In this document: positions 52,121 to 64,000 of the stretch, piece by piece
How positions within the stretch are numbered: the stretch's first letter is position 1
Layout: every line of letters starts with the position of its first letter
DNA from: Octopus vulgaris
Taxonomy: Eukaryota
Direction: 5' to 3'
DNA: 64,000 nucleotides
Assembly: GCA_951406725.2 (NCBI GenBank)
Contig: OX597815.1
Span: 120,776,001-120,840,000 of the forward strand
The notes under the pieces: generated by a model
Told to the model about the DNA's origin: nothing
The model's input: the letters and a program-made list of their open reading frames with translations, nothing else
Databases searched by the model: none
Translations under genes and position numbers: made by a program

Positions 52121-54362
52121 TCATCATCATCATCATTGTTGTTTAACGTCTGCTTTCCATGCTGGCATGGGTTGGACGGTTTAACTGAGGGCTGGCAAGC
52201 CAGAAGGCTGCACCAGGCTCCAATCTGATCTGGCAATGTTTCTACAGCTGGATGCCCTTCTTAACGCCAACCCTCCGAGAGTGTAGTGGGTGCTTTTTAC
52301 GTGCCACCAGCACGAGAGCTAGTCAGGCAGTACTGGCATCGACCATGCCTGAATGATGCTTTTTACATGCCACCGGCATGGAAGCCAGTCAGGTGGCACT
52401 GGCAATAGCCGGCACTGGCATCAACCATGCTCAAATGGCACATTTTACATGCCACCAGCATGGGACCACTCAGATGGCACTGGCATCGGCCATGCTTGAA
52501 TGGTGCTTTTTATATGCCACCAGCACGGATGCCAATCAGGCAGTACTGTCATCGGCCACGACAATGACATCACTTGACTCAACATGTCTTCGCAAGTGCA
52601 GTTTATTGCCCAATGATTGAAGAGTGCTCTTAAATGGGCTGGTTATGCTGCACTGGTTATGCTGGTTATGCTGTTTTCTGCACATTTTCAGTGTTTATTG
52701 CCCCTGAGCATTTGTCACACAAAAAGCTACCTTCCCAGTTAGTCTTCCTTTGATATTGTTGCACCTTTTATGTGTCCATAGCTTACACCAAGTACATCTT
52801 ACAGAGTTTCTACTTACACCTTTTCAACAGATCAAGCAGGGCTATCTACCTGAAGGGATTTGTGGTTTGTCTGCCTTCCTACTTATTAAGACTGGTTTTT
52901 GCTATATCGACTCTAAGGCCCTTTAAGTTTAGACCTTGCTTCTACACCTGAAACTTCTCCTCTAGTTCTGGTAGTGACTCAGCTATTAGAGCAAGGTCAT
53001 CAGCATAGAGAAGCTCCCAGAGGCATCCTGTCTTGAATTCCTCTGTTATTGCCTGGAGGACTATGATGAATAAGAGGGGGTTGAGGACTGATCCTTGGTG
53101 AACCCCCATTCCTACCTGGAATTCTTCACTATACTTGTTGCCCAACCCTCACCTTACTGACAGAATCCCTGTACATGGCTTATACAGCTCTCACTAACCA
53201 CTCATCTATCTCTAGTTTACACATTGACCACCAGATAAGGGATCAGGAGACCCTATCAAAGGTTTTCTCCATGTCAATGAAGGCCAGGTACAGAGGTTTA
53301 TCTTTGGTTAGGTATTTCTCCTGCAGCTGTCTTACCAGAAATATAGCATCAGTGATGCTTTTCCCTGGCACAAACCCAAAATGCATCTCATCTAAACTAA
53401 CTCTCTCCCTAATTAGTTGGGCTATGACCCTCTCTGTGACTTTCATTACCTGATCCAACAACTTGATACCTCTGTAATTATTCATATCCAATGCATCTTC
53501 TTTACAGTCATACCCAATGACTGCTACACCAATCATTGGGTATGACTCCTTCATGTATCACCTGATTCACTATACAGGTGACAAGACTATATCCGACACT
53601 GCCAGATATTTTGAGCACCCCTGCGGTGATTCTTGATGGGCCGGGGGCTTTCCCTGTCTTTATACTTTTAAATGCTTTGTCTACCAAGGTACTGTCAATC
53701 CAGATAGCTGGTCCCTCTGTTGAGTAGACATTCAGCAGACTCTCTTTCTCCCTTTCATTCTCTTCATTTAGCAACCTTTCATAGTAGCATCTCCAGGTCT
53801 CTCTCTTTGCAGCCTCATTAAATGCAAGTGAGCCATCATCCGTGCAGACATATTTTTCTCCTATGACATAATGATTCTGTCTCTCACACACTGTTCTGCG
53901 ACACAAAATACTTTAAGCCTTTGGTCCTCACAAATTTTTTCTTATCAGCTTCCCCTTTGGCTAAGTAAACCTGTCTCCTAGCTTCCCTTCTGTCAAACTG
54001 ATACAATTCCTTACTACTACCAGTTCCTTTTCCCTAATGGCCCTGTCAACTAAATTGTTCCATCACAACATTACTTTGGGTGAAGCAGGGACTTTACACC
54101 ATCCACAGATCTGGTCAGTAACGCTCAACATGTTGTGCCGTAGGAACCTCCAGTTGTCTTCCACATCATGTGATGCTATATCCCCCTCTATTTCGTCAAA
54201 AGCTTTGAGTAATATGTCTCTAAATTTCTGTCCTTTTACAGGATCCTTAAGCTTTCAGACTCTTCTTCTGGTCGTCTTCTGGGCATCCATTTAGTCCTGA
54301 TCCTGAAGTCGTTAACTACTAATCTATGTTGTGGGGTGCATTCTTCACCTGGGAAGGTTTTA
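52121..54362 (-). mobile_element. RTE LINE (PHD-RT family) with internal deletion
   Basis: ORFs 52942-53145 (GVHQGSVLNPLLF..LLYADDL), 53243-53554 and 53508-53906; endonuclease-end remnant FPGEECTPQHRLVV; closely similar to 45920-47160. Confidence 0.9.
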
Positions 54363-54769
54363 ACTATATATATATATATATCATCATCATCATCATCATC
54401 ATTTAACATCTGTTTTTCATACTGGCATGGACGGTCTGACTGAGGACTGGCAAGCCAGTAGGCTGTACCAGGCTCCAATATGATCTGGCATGGTTTCTAC
54501 AGCTGGATGCCCTTCCCAACACCAACCCCTCTGAGAGTGCTTTTTTACATGCCACCAGCATAAGAGCCAGTCAGGTGGCACTGGCATCAGCCACAACTAC
54601 AATTTTGATTTTGATTTTACTTGACTCAATAGGTCTTCTCAAGTACAACATATCACCCAATGATTCAAGGGTACTTTTAAATGGGCTGGTTATGCAACAC
54701 TGTTATCAGCCACGACTGAGATCTCACTTTACTTGCCGGACCATTGGACACAATTCAATATATATATAT

Positions 54770-55030
54770 TTGACTGCGGCCATGCTAGAGCATCACCTTT
54801 AGTCAAACAAATTGACCCCAGGACTTATTCTTTGTAAGCCCAGTACTTATTCTATCGATCTCTTTTGCTTAACTACTAAGTTACAGGAATGTAAACACAA
54901 ATACGATGGGCTTCTTTCCGTTTCTGTCTACCAAATCCACTCACAAGGCTTGGCCCAAGGCTATAGTTGAAGACATTTGCCCAAGGTGCCATGCAGTGGG
55001 ATTGAATCCAGAGCCATGTGGTTGGTAAGC
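54770..55030 (-). mobile_element. SINE family A copy, internally deleted
   Basis: Reverse complement of family A, lacking the microsatellite segment. Confidence 0.75.
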
Positions 55031-56826
55031 AGAGTCCCTGAAATGTTGGCTGAACCCTGGAAAATATATGAAAATATATGATTCATTTTATTTATTTATT
55101 TATTTATTTATTTATATATAACATTTCATCTAATTGTGTTATAGCAATAAATACGTTTTGGTCCCCTTAAGCACCAATAAAGATTTCATTACAATTTCAA
55201 GAATAATACAGTAACTTGAAAGAATTAAAAGGAATGAAAGATAATGATTATAATCATATAAAATTTCAGATGGTAGCCAGGTTTTATGAGATATCATATA
55301 ATATCTCATATAATAACAAACTTCTCTAAACAATTGTTATGAGATTTTTATTTTATATTTTGTTCCTTATTTTTGCTGTGTTTTTCCTTTTCTTTTTTTC
55401 CCCTCCATATTCATTTAGTGAACTGAATTCATAGTGAAGTAGATTACTTGCCAACATACAGGGTTTTATTCAGCAAATGCAAGGCACATGTGTCATATGT
55501 TTTTGTCTTGTTGAGCTGTGATTGCATTGCAATCTTGAGAGAGATAATGAGATCTATTTACCTCAAATTGTCCAGTGGGAAAATAGCTACCAGTCCATGT
55601 CAGAATAATCTGATATATGATTACTATACAAACACTCTTTCTGATTAAATTTAGAGATACAGCCAGCTGAGCTATTAAATAGCACTATATTCTGTGATAC
55701 ACATACACATGTACACACACATACATGCACTTGTGCATCATCATTGTTATTACCATCACTGTTACCATCATCAATGCCACCATTACACCCATTATTATTA
55801 TCGTCATGGTCATCATCATCATTGTCATCACCATCATCATCACTGCCATCATCATTATCATCATTACCACTGTTGTTGTCATTGTCATTTTACTTCCAGG
55901 GCAGTTTTTTTTTTCGCATGGACGGGTCATAATGTCATCTTCCAACTACCTTCCATAGTTTTTCATTATCTGGCACACACAGCAGCAAGAGAGAAAATAT
56001 GACTTCATCTATTGTTATATACACTGTTTTTGGCATGCTTTCAACCTTTCCTTGACCAGTTATGTACAGTAAGGACTGGTGCACTTCATCAATTTACAAA
56101 CATTGGACATGTTATCCCTGACAAGACAAATGAAACTCCTCTGCCTTGCATTGTCTTCATTTATTTTTCACTTTTTGGTGTGGTTTTTACAGCTAAGTAC
56201 CCTTCCTGTCACAAACCTCATTACAGATTCAGTTCTTGAATTTTATCATGCCATTAGAAAATGTCCCCAGCATGACTAACTGTCCCCAGCATGTGGTGCA
56301 CCTGAGCACTGTATACAATAATTTCATTATTATTATTATATAACTAGCTTTCCACACAATATAAATACATAGACACATACACACACACATATATATATGT
56401 AAGTATATATCGAACTGGTAAGTGCGTTAAGTAATAAGGCTCTAAAAGAGAGTGACTCTCCCCAGAAACAAGGGCTACCTGACTGATTACCTTGCCGGTG
56501 GCACATAAAAAGTGCCATCCAAACATGGCTGTTGCCAGTGCCCCCTGACTGGCTCACATGCCAGTGACATGTAAAAAGCACTATCCAGATGTGATCGATG
56601 CCAGGTCTGCCTGACTGGCTCCTGTGCTGGTGGCATGTAAAAAGCACCCACTTCACTCTTGGAGTAGTTGGCATTAGGAAGGGCATCAAGCCATAGAAAC
56701 ATTGCCAGATCAGATTGAAGCCTGGTGCAGCCACTGGCTTTCCAGACCTGTGAAACTGTCCAACCCATGCCAGCATGGAAAACGGACGCTGAATGACGAC
56801 GACGACGATGATGATGATGATGATGA

Positions 56827-56883
<57 letters not shown>

Positions 56884-57432
56884 CGCGGTCTGATCAATAA
56901 GTATCCGGACTGTTGCTATAATAACAAAGCTAAAGTACAGAGAGTGAAGCTGCTTGGTACAGATTGACCTGGAACACTGCTGTGTATGTGCACTAAGTTT
57001 TAACATTCTAGCTCTGTTCCACTGTTTACAGCAGTGCTTGAAAGGAAGGTGTGTAGTACATGATCGTTGCATTGACAATGACACAGAAAGTTGGGCAGAG
57101 AATCTGCATCAAATTTTGCCAAAAGCTTGGCAATACTTGCATAGAGGCCTATGCAAAGTTTACAAAAAGTTTTCATTGTTCTCGACACAATCAAGGAGAT
57201 CTTGGTCAACTGAAACTCGAGTGTCTTTTTGGTCAGCTGAAAACAGTGTTGGCACAAACTTGGCTGACATCCATCTCATACACAAATCTTCAGTGATAAT
57301 GGACTGAACTGAACCCTAACTAATCTGCACATCTGATGGTGATTTGACAATTTCCCCTCACAACTGCATGCATAACTGTGATGTTTTTCTCAGTTTTGCT
57401 GGTTGCAGAACTTTCATCTCCCAGAACATTCA
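56884..57432. mobile_element. Rearranged mariner transposon remnant
   Basis: TA|cgcggtctgatcaataagtatccggact end; + strand MTQKVGQRICIKFCQKLGNTCIEAYAKF; then minus strand SVQSIITEDLCMRWMSAKFVPTLFSADQKDTRV. Confidence 0.8.
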
Positions 57433-57466
57433 CCAATATCAGCATTTTTGCCCTCATAAATGTATG

Positions 57467-57507
<41 letters not shown>

Positions 57508-57530
57508 AGATATAGATATAGATATGGATA

Positions 57531-57614
<84 letters not shown>

Positions 57615-58147
57615 TTGAGAATATGTTAACCTCATGAAGGGATGGTTGCATCCAGGAAAATATTGGTTCAATGCCTAGTATGGCTTTTTTTTATGCTGGT
57701 GAAATTGTGCTCATGTCACATAAATGCAAATTTAATGTACAAATTTGTAATTAAATTATTGAGTATTAATTGAAACAGCTGTAAGACGTGAAGATGACCA
57801 ATTTGTTAATAATAAATAAATACGTACCACCGGTATGGAAGCCAGTTGAGCGGACCTGGCATCAACCACATTTGGATGGTGCTTTTTATATGCACTGGCA
57901 TGGGAGCCAGTCTGGGGGTACTGGCATCAGCCACGTTTGGCTGATGCCTTCTACATGTCATCAGCACGGGAGCCAGTCAGGTGGACCTGGCACCAACCAT
58001 GTTCAGATGGTGATTTTTATGTACCACAGGCACGGAAGCCAGTCAAGGCTTGATATTGATTTTAATTGATTCAACAGGTTTTCTCAAGCATATCATATTG
58101 CCCAATGCATCAGGTGTATTCTTAACAGGACTGGACATTCATACATA

Positions 58148-58290
<143 letters not shown>

Positions 58291-59010
58291 ACACACATAT
58301 TTGAGTTTAGAAAAATCCTGGCATATTTCTTATACAGATTTGATACAGAGTCCCAGTGACCTTCATTTCAGGACTAGTATTTTCATGTTGTGGATTTGTT
58401 GTTCTATAAGATATAATCCATAGGTGCAAGAAATCCAGATTCATAACACTGATAAGAATAAGTTGGTTTTGCATACAACAGTATTACATGTGATTGCAAA
58501 ACTAAATTTTCACAAACTAAATCTCCAATTTTTCCTTGGTGATCTTTGGACAGTTATGGAAAATGGAACATAGCATTTATTATTTAAAATACATATGGAA
58601 GACTTTGAATAAAATAGTGTGCTTTTGTTTACCAGTATAATACAATGGAAAGATATCATTGGCTGGTTTGGTGTAAGAAAAAGATAATCTGATGCAATGA
58701 TAGGTATTGCACATATATAAATATCTTTTTTTCAGTTCTGATATTGTAAAAGCACTTTCAACAACAACAACAATAACAATAATAATAATGGTTTCAAATT
58801 TTGCCACAAGGACAACAATTTTGCGGCAGGGGATGAGTCGATTACATCAATACAAGTGTTCAACTGGCACTTATTTTATCGACCCTGAAAGGATGAAAGG
58901 TAAAGTCAACCTCGAGAGAATTTGAAGACAGAACATAGCAATGGGTGAAATATCATTGAGCATTTTGTTTAGCGCACTAATGATTCTGTCAACTCATTGT
59001 CTTTATAATA

Positions 59011-59083
<73 letters not shown>

Positions 59084-59322
59084 AGATAATAATAAAGGTG
59101 GCGAGCTGGCAGAAATGTTACCACACCGGGCAACATGCTCAGCGGTATTTCATCTGTCTTTACGTTCTGAGTTCAAATTCCACCAAGGTCGATTTTGCCT
59201 TTCATCCTTTCGGGGGTCAATAAATTAAGTACCAGTTATGCACTGGGGTCGATGTAATCGACTTAATCCCTTTGTTTGTTCACTCTATGTTTAGCCCTCT
59301 GTGGGCAATAAAGAAGCAAATT

Positions 59323-59353
<31 letters not shown>

Positions 59354-59360
59354 TAATAAT

Positions 59361-60015
59361 CCTGTAGAGTACAAATCCAGACATGACAGAGTTGGCCAAT
59401 ATTTACATTGGATAATGTGTCAGAATTATAAAATCAAAACTACTGACAAATGGTAGAAGCACCACCCTGAGGCTGTAACTGAGCGTGAAAATGTAACTAT
59501 GCTTTATAACTATTCTAACAACAGTATGTACAGACTGGACTTTCAAAGCAAATAAACCTGACATTGTTATGGAAGACTAAAACAAGAATTTGATAAGCTC
59601 AGAACATATAAAGATTTGCTAATTGAAAATCTGTGACATCTCAAGACAATTACGATACCAGTGTTGCAGGAGCACTTGGGATGATCAAAAAAAGGAACTG
59701 AAAATTATTTAAGAAAACCATCCATGCAGGAAATGCAAAAGATTGTTTTAACTGGTACATCACACATATTGAGAAGAGCATTGTTGCTGTGAATTTTCTC
59801 CCCACCCCTTTATTTTATTTGTTTACTTTTTTATTTTTATTTTTTCCTTTTCCTCTCTGTCTTTCTTCCCCTTTTTCTCTATCACATGACTTTATGAATG
59901 AATAATCTGGTGTATTTATTTTAATGGCCTACCAATGTATACAGTACGTTCCTCTGCTCAAGGTATCAGGAAAACACTCAGCAAGAAATGGAAACAGAAT
60001 CAAAAGAAGAAGCTA
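59361..60015 (+). mobile_element. Dong/R4-like RLE retrotransposon 3' remnant 1
   Basis: YKSRHDRVGQYLHW..KW*KHHPEAVTE..ANKPDIV..YKDL..GALGMIKK..MQKIVLTGTSHILRRAL*; flanked by (TAA)n. Confidence 0.85.
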
Positions 60016-60018
60016 ATG

Positions 60019-60065
<47 letters not shown>

Positions 60066-60377
60066 TAATAATGCCCTGATGCAGTACCAGGCAGTGGTCC
60101 TTACGGCTTTTGATATCTTGTCTACAGACAGACAAACAAACAAACACAACTGTAAACAATACCTCCGCCTTAGTGAAGGCGGAGGTAATAATAGCCCTGA
60201 TGCAGTACCAGGCAGTGGTCCTCATGACTTTTGATCTTAACTGACTGGAAGTGTTATCATGTACATTGTTTTGTCTTGGTATAAAAGATAGGCTACTGCA
60301 AATATTCTGCTCAATACCACAGATTTGCTTGTCAGTTGTTTGACCTTAACCAGTTAAGCATGTCCCTTAGTGGCTGA

Positions 60378-61745
60378 CAAGGAAAGCTTGTCAGGACAGG
60401 AGACAGTTTGTTGCCAAGTGGTGAAATGATGAAGGGAGTTCAACCCCAATCTGGCTATAAATACCTGGGAATACTTGAGGCAGATGGAATTAAACACAAT
60501 GACATGAAGGAAAGACAAAAAGAGAGTACCTGTGGTGAGTGAGAAAAATATTGGCTTCAAAACTGAATGCCAGAAACATAATTTTGGTAATAAACTCACA
60601 CATAGTCGCAGTAGTTCATTATGGTGCTGGAATGCTGAAGTGGACAAAGGAGGAACCAAAGGAGATGGACAGGAAGTCAAGAAAACTCCTAATGATGCAT
60701 GGAGCCCATCATCTACATGCACTCATTGACCATCTATATATGAAGAGAGCAAATGGAGGAAGAGGACTGATAAGTGTGAAAGACTGCATACTTATTGAAC
60801 TTGAGACCTTAATGAGATGCCTAGCCCAAAGTAAGGAAATCTTGCTAATATCAGGTAGAAATGATGGAGTATTGAAAGCAGAGAAAAAAGGAAGTACAAA
60901 AAGGACATGAAGAAAAATTATGCAACAAAGGACTTCACGATAAAATTGGTGGGATTGGCTAAAGAAAGGAACACTAAAAAACGAGACTGAGAGCATTATA
61001 CTGGCTGCGCATGACCAAGCGTTGGCTATGAACTGGAGGGTTAACCCTAGGAATGAACAAATGTCTTCGCTGTGCTGCATCTGTAATAGGGTGGATGAAA
61101 CCATTGCCCATATCATGAACAAATGCCCTAGACTTACCCAAGACTACTGCAAGTTGTGGCAACATGATCAGGTAGCAAAGTGCTACAATGGAAACTATCT
61201 GAAAAGTAGGGGCTAGAGAGAGGAAAGACGTGGTATGAGCACAAACCACAGAGAGTGGAGGAGTCAGAGGCTAGCAAAATCCTCTGGGATTACCCAATCC
61301 AAATAGATCAGGTGCTAAAGCATAACAGACTGAACCTAGTGGTAGTGGACAAAGTGCACTATGCGTGCTATATAGTTGATATTGCATGCTCTTTTGATCC
61401 ATGAATAGTCAAGAAGGAAGGTGAGAAGATAGATAAATACAACCTTCGTAAGTATAAAATAGCCTGGCTTTGGAAAATTAAGAATTTGAAGATAGTGCCA
61501 ATTATTGTTGTGTCCTGGGGAACAGTATCTGAAGGCATCAAGAGGAATATAAGGGAAATTGGAATAGAATGCCCAGTAGAAATGTTACTAAAGGTTTGCC
61601 TCCTTGACACAGCCAGAATAATCAGGAAAGTATTAGATAGCTGAAAAGAACAGATAGCATGTGACCGTAAGCTTTAGGTAGCAAACCCATTATGCATGCA
61701 AAACTGCAGGAGTTTCAACAAAAAATGTACTAAAAAGAAAAGCAA
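60378..61745 (+). mobile_element. Dong/R4-like RLE retrotransposon remnant 2
   Basis: YKYLGILEAD, RKILASKLNARN..LYMKRANGGRGL, ETESIILAAHDQAL, CCHC knuckle CCIC..ETIAHIMNKC, ILWDYPIQID..YIVDIAC; (TAA)n tail from 61746. Confidence 0.88.
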
Positions 61746-61794
<49 letters not shown>

Positions 61795-61943
61795 TTAATA
61801 ATAATAATAAAGGATTGATGTTACTCCTCCTAAAGAAGAGTGCAACTGTTATCGAATGAACAACATTTTGACACTTCATGTGTCTTCCACAAGTTAAAAA
61901 TAATCATCTCAATTTACTTCATTACTTCATTTTGGTAATAATG

Positions 61944-61986
<43 letters not shown>

Positions 61987-62069
61987 GAAGAAGAAGAAGA
62001 AGAAGAAGACGAGGAAGAAGACTAGATCTTTGCCTTCCCCTTTCTATCCATTACCTTTTTACCTTTGCT

Positions 62070-62565
62070 TTCCCCAAACACAATAGACAAAAAGTCGAAG
62101 GCAAAGATCCTCTGTGACTTTGGCTTTTAGACAGACAAGATGTTAGAGCACCAAAGGCTGGATATAGAAACCATTAGGAAGGACAAACAAGAGTGCCTAA
62201 TAAACGATGTGGCAGTGCCAGGAGGTCAACATATCATGAAACGAAGAGAAAAGGTAGATAAATATAGAGATCTCAGAATTGAGATCACCAAGATGTGATA
62301 GCCATGAGAGTCAAACATAAAGGTTGTCACTGTTGTCATCAGATAATTGGGTTCAATACCACCTGACCTGAAGAAACATCTGGAAACCTTAGAAATACTT
62401 TACAATCTAGGTGTATTGCAAGAATCAGCTCTGCTTGGAGCTGCACACATAAAGTACTGTCTGTCTGAAGTCTTTGCTGTGACTTGGCAGACAGTATTAA
62501 CCTCCAACAGACACGATATCTTCAATCCATAACATCATGATATTGGATACTGTGTGACATTTATG
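62070..62565 (+). mobile_element. Dong/R4-like RLE retrotransposon remnant 3
   Basis: AKILCDFGF*TDKMLEHQRLDI..CLINDVAVPG..EKVDKYRDLRIEI..LQESALLGAAHI; followed by (TAA)n. Confidence 0.8.
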
Positions 62566-62600
62566 ATGATAATAATAGTAATAATAACAATAATAATAAT

Positions 62601-62647
<47 letters not shown>

Positions 62648-62648
<1 letters not shown>

Positions 62649-63062
62649 TGGACTAAACTAAACGAAAAGAAATAGACAAAGAAAATCCCAGCAATGGCTG
62701 AGAAGCTCAGGACTCAAAGCAGAAACAGAGGGATTTTTAATTGCAGCCAAGACCAAAGCCTCCCACCAGAAATTACCAAAACATGTAATGAAAAGAAATA
62801 TTACAAGTAACTGCAGAATATGTGGAGATGGACAAGAAACAATAAATCATATTATCTCTAGCTGCCCAGTCCTGGCTAAGAAGGAATATATTCACAGACA
62901 TGACAGAGTTGGAACTTACATACATTGGAAGCTATGCCAACATTATGGAATAACAACAGAAAAAAGATGGTATAGGCACACCACAGCACATACCCAAGGC
63001 ACACAGAGCTGTGCTCGGTAGTGAAGTGAAAGCACGCTATAAAAATAAAAATAAAACTACTG
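62648..63062 (+). mobile_element. Dong/R4-like RLE retrotransposon remnant 4, internally deleted
   Basis: SQQWLRSSGLKAETEGFLIAA, CRICGDGQETINHIISSC (CCHC), YIHRHDRVGTYIHW; (TAA)n on both sides. Confidence 0.88.
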
Positions 63063-63079
63063 AATAATAATAATAATAA

Positions 63080-63404
63080 TGCCCTGGGAATGATAGCGAA
63101 AGGGACTGATTGCTACCTAACTCAGATACCAGGAAACCCCAAAATGGCAGAAATTCAAAAGATAGTGCTCATGGGAACTGCTCATATCCTACGCAAAATA
63201 CTCTCTATGTAATCCCAAGGTTTAAAACAAACTTTTTTATTTTTTTATTTATTTTTTATGTATTAGACATTCACTAGTACAACACCAAAAAAAAAATAAA
63301 TAAACCAAATATATGGCACAGAACTTCCAACCTGTTGTCTCTTGAGGTCTCTGGGTGAGACTTGGAGCCAACTTGTACCGACATAAAGCAAAAGTCAAAC
63401 ATAG

Positions 63405-63405
<1 letters not shown>
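63080..63405 (+). mobile_element. Dong/R4-like RLE retrotransposon remnant 5
   Basis: ALGMIAKGTDCYLTQIPGNPKMAEIQKIVLMGTAHILRKILSM* plus 3' UTR; (TAA)n on both sides. Confidence 0.8.
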
Positions 63406-63433
<28 letters not shown>

Positions 63434-63435
<2 letters not shown>

Positions 63436-63986
63436 GCCCTGATGCAGTACCAGGCAGTGGCTCTCATGGCTTCTGATCTTAACTGATTGGAAGTGTTATC
63501 ATGTACATTGTTTTGTCTTGGTATAAAAGATGGGCTACAGCAAATATTCTGCTCAATACCACAGATTTGCTTGTCAGTTGTTTGGCCTTAACCAGTTGAG
63601 CATGTCCCTTAGTGGCTGATATGTGCATCTCTGATCACGAGCAGAAGTAGTGGGGGAGCATCATGGCCATGTGTTGAGAGGGATTCTTTGGGGTTTGAAT
63701 AATTCACCTCTGGAAACATAGGTGTTTCGTTCAACATCCTAAAGCAACCCTTATTCAGGGACCTTTTGAGCAGGATGGGCTACTCAACCTGAAGAAAATT
63801 CTAACTGGGCTCCACCTGCAAGGTCATGTGCTGTTTATCTTGATATGAGATCACCATGTCGTGCACATATGGTTGTGATGCATGTGCCTGGTGTACCTTT
63901 ATCAGACAGGTAGTCATGATGGGTATATTGGGCTTCGTATATTTTACCCCAGTGTCACTTTGATGGCATGAACTGCTCTCTCACTC
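63434..63986 (-). mobile_element. Unclassified (TAA)n-associated interspersed repeat
   Basis: gccctgatgcagtaccaggcagtgg..gatcttaactga..; partial copies at 60073-60120 and 60194-60378; each abuts (TAA)n. Confidence 0.6.
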
Positions 63987-64000
63987 AATAATAATAATAA

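Noticed and set aside
58636-58672. Possible + strand micro-exon (ttttgtttaccAG..ggt|GTAAGA; IIQWKDIIGWFG)
   Set aside because: Such site pairs arise by chance in AT-rich DNA; no linked exons.

Overview
AT-rich, microsatellite-dense animal genomic DNA. The SINE/LINE repertoire looks like an Octopus (cephalopod) genome; this is an inference from repeat families, not a database match. The only convincing host gene is the 3' end of a + strand neverland/DAF-36 cholesterol 7-desaturase (last two coding exons, 8595-8768 and 10294-10461), which the ORF track misses. The rest is mostly mobile DNA: two abundant tRNA-type SINE families, RTE LINEs (a young BovB-like copy with a 12-bp TSD, and a family with a C4HC3 PHD-type finger inside its RT), CR1-like ends, Tc1/mariner remnants, MITEs and two non-autonomous Helitrons. 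The most unusual structures are (i) a near-identical, non-coding Penelope/retrozyme-like element at 43536-44682 with a 266-bp inverted repeat, a 557-bp tandem period and two minimal hammerhead ribozyme motifs, and (ii) a head-to-tail stack of five distinct Dong/R4-like restriction-like-endonuclease retrotransposon remnants nested in (TAA)n at 59.3-63.4 kb. Nearly all ORFs in the supplied track are microsatellite or repeat artefacts. Coordinates were read by eye, so repeat boundaries are approximate.
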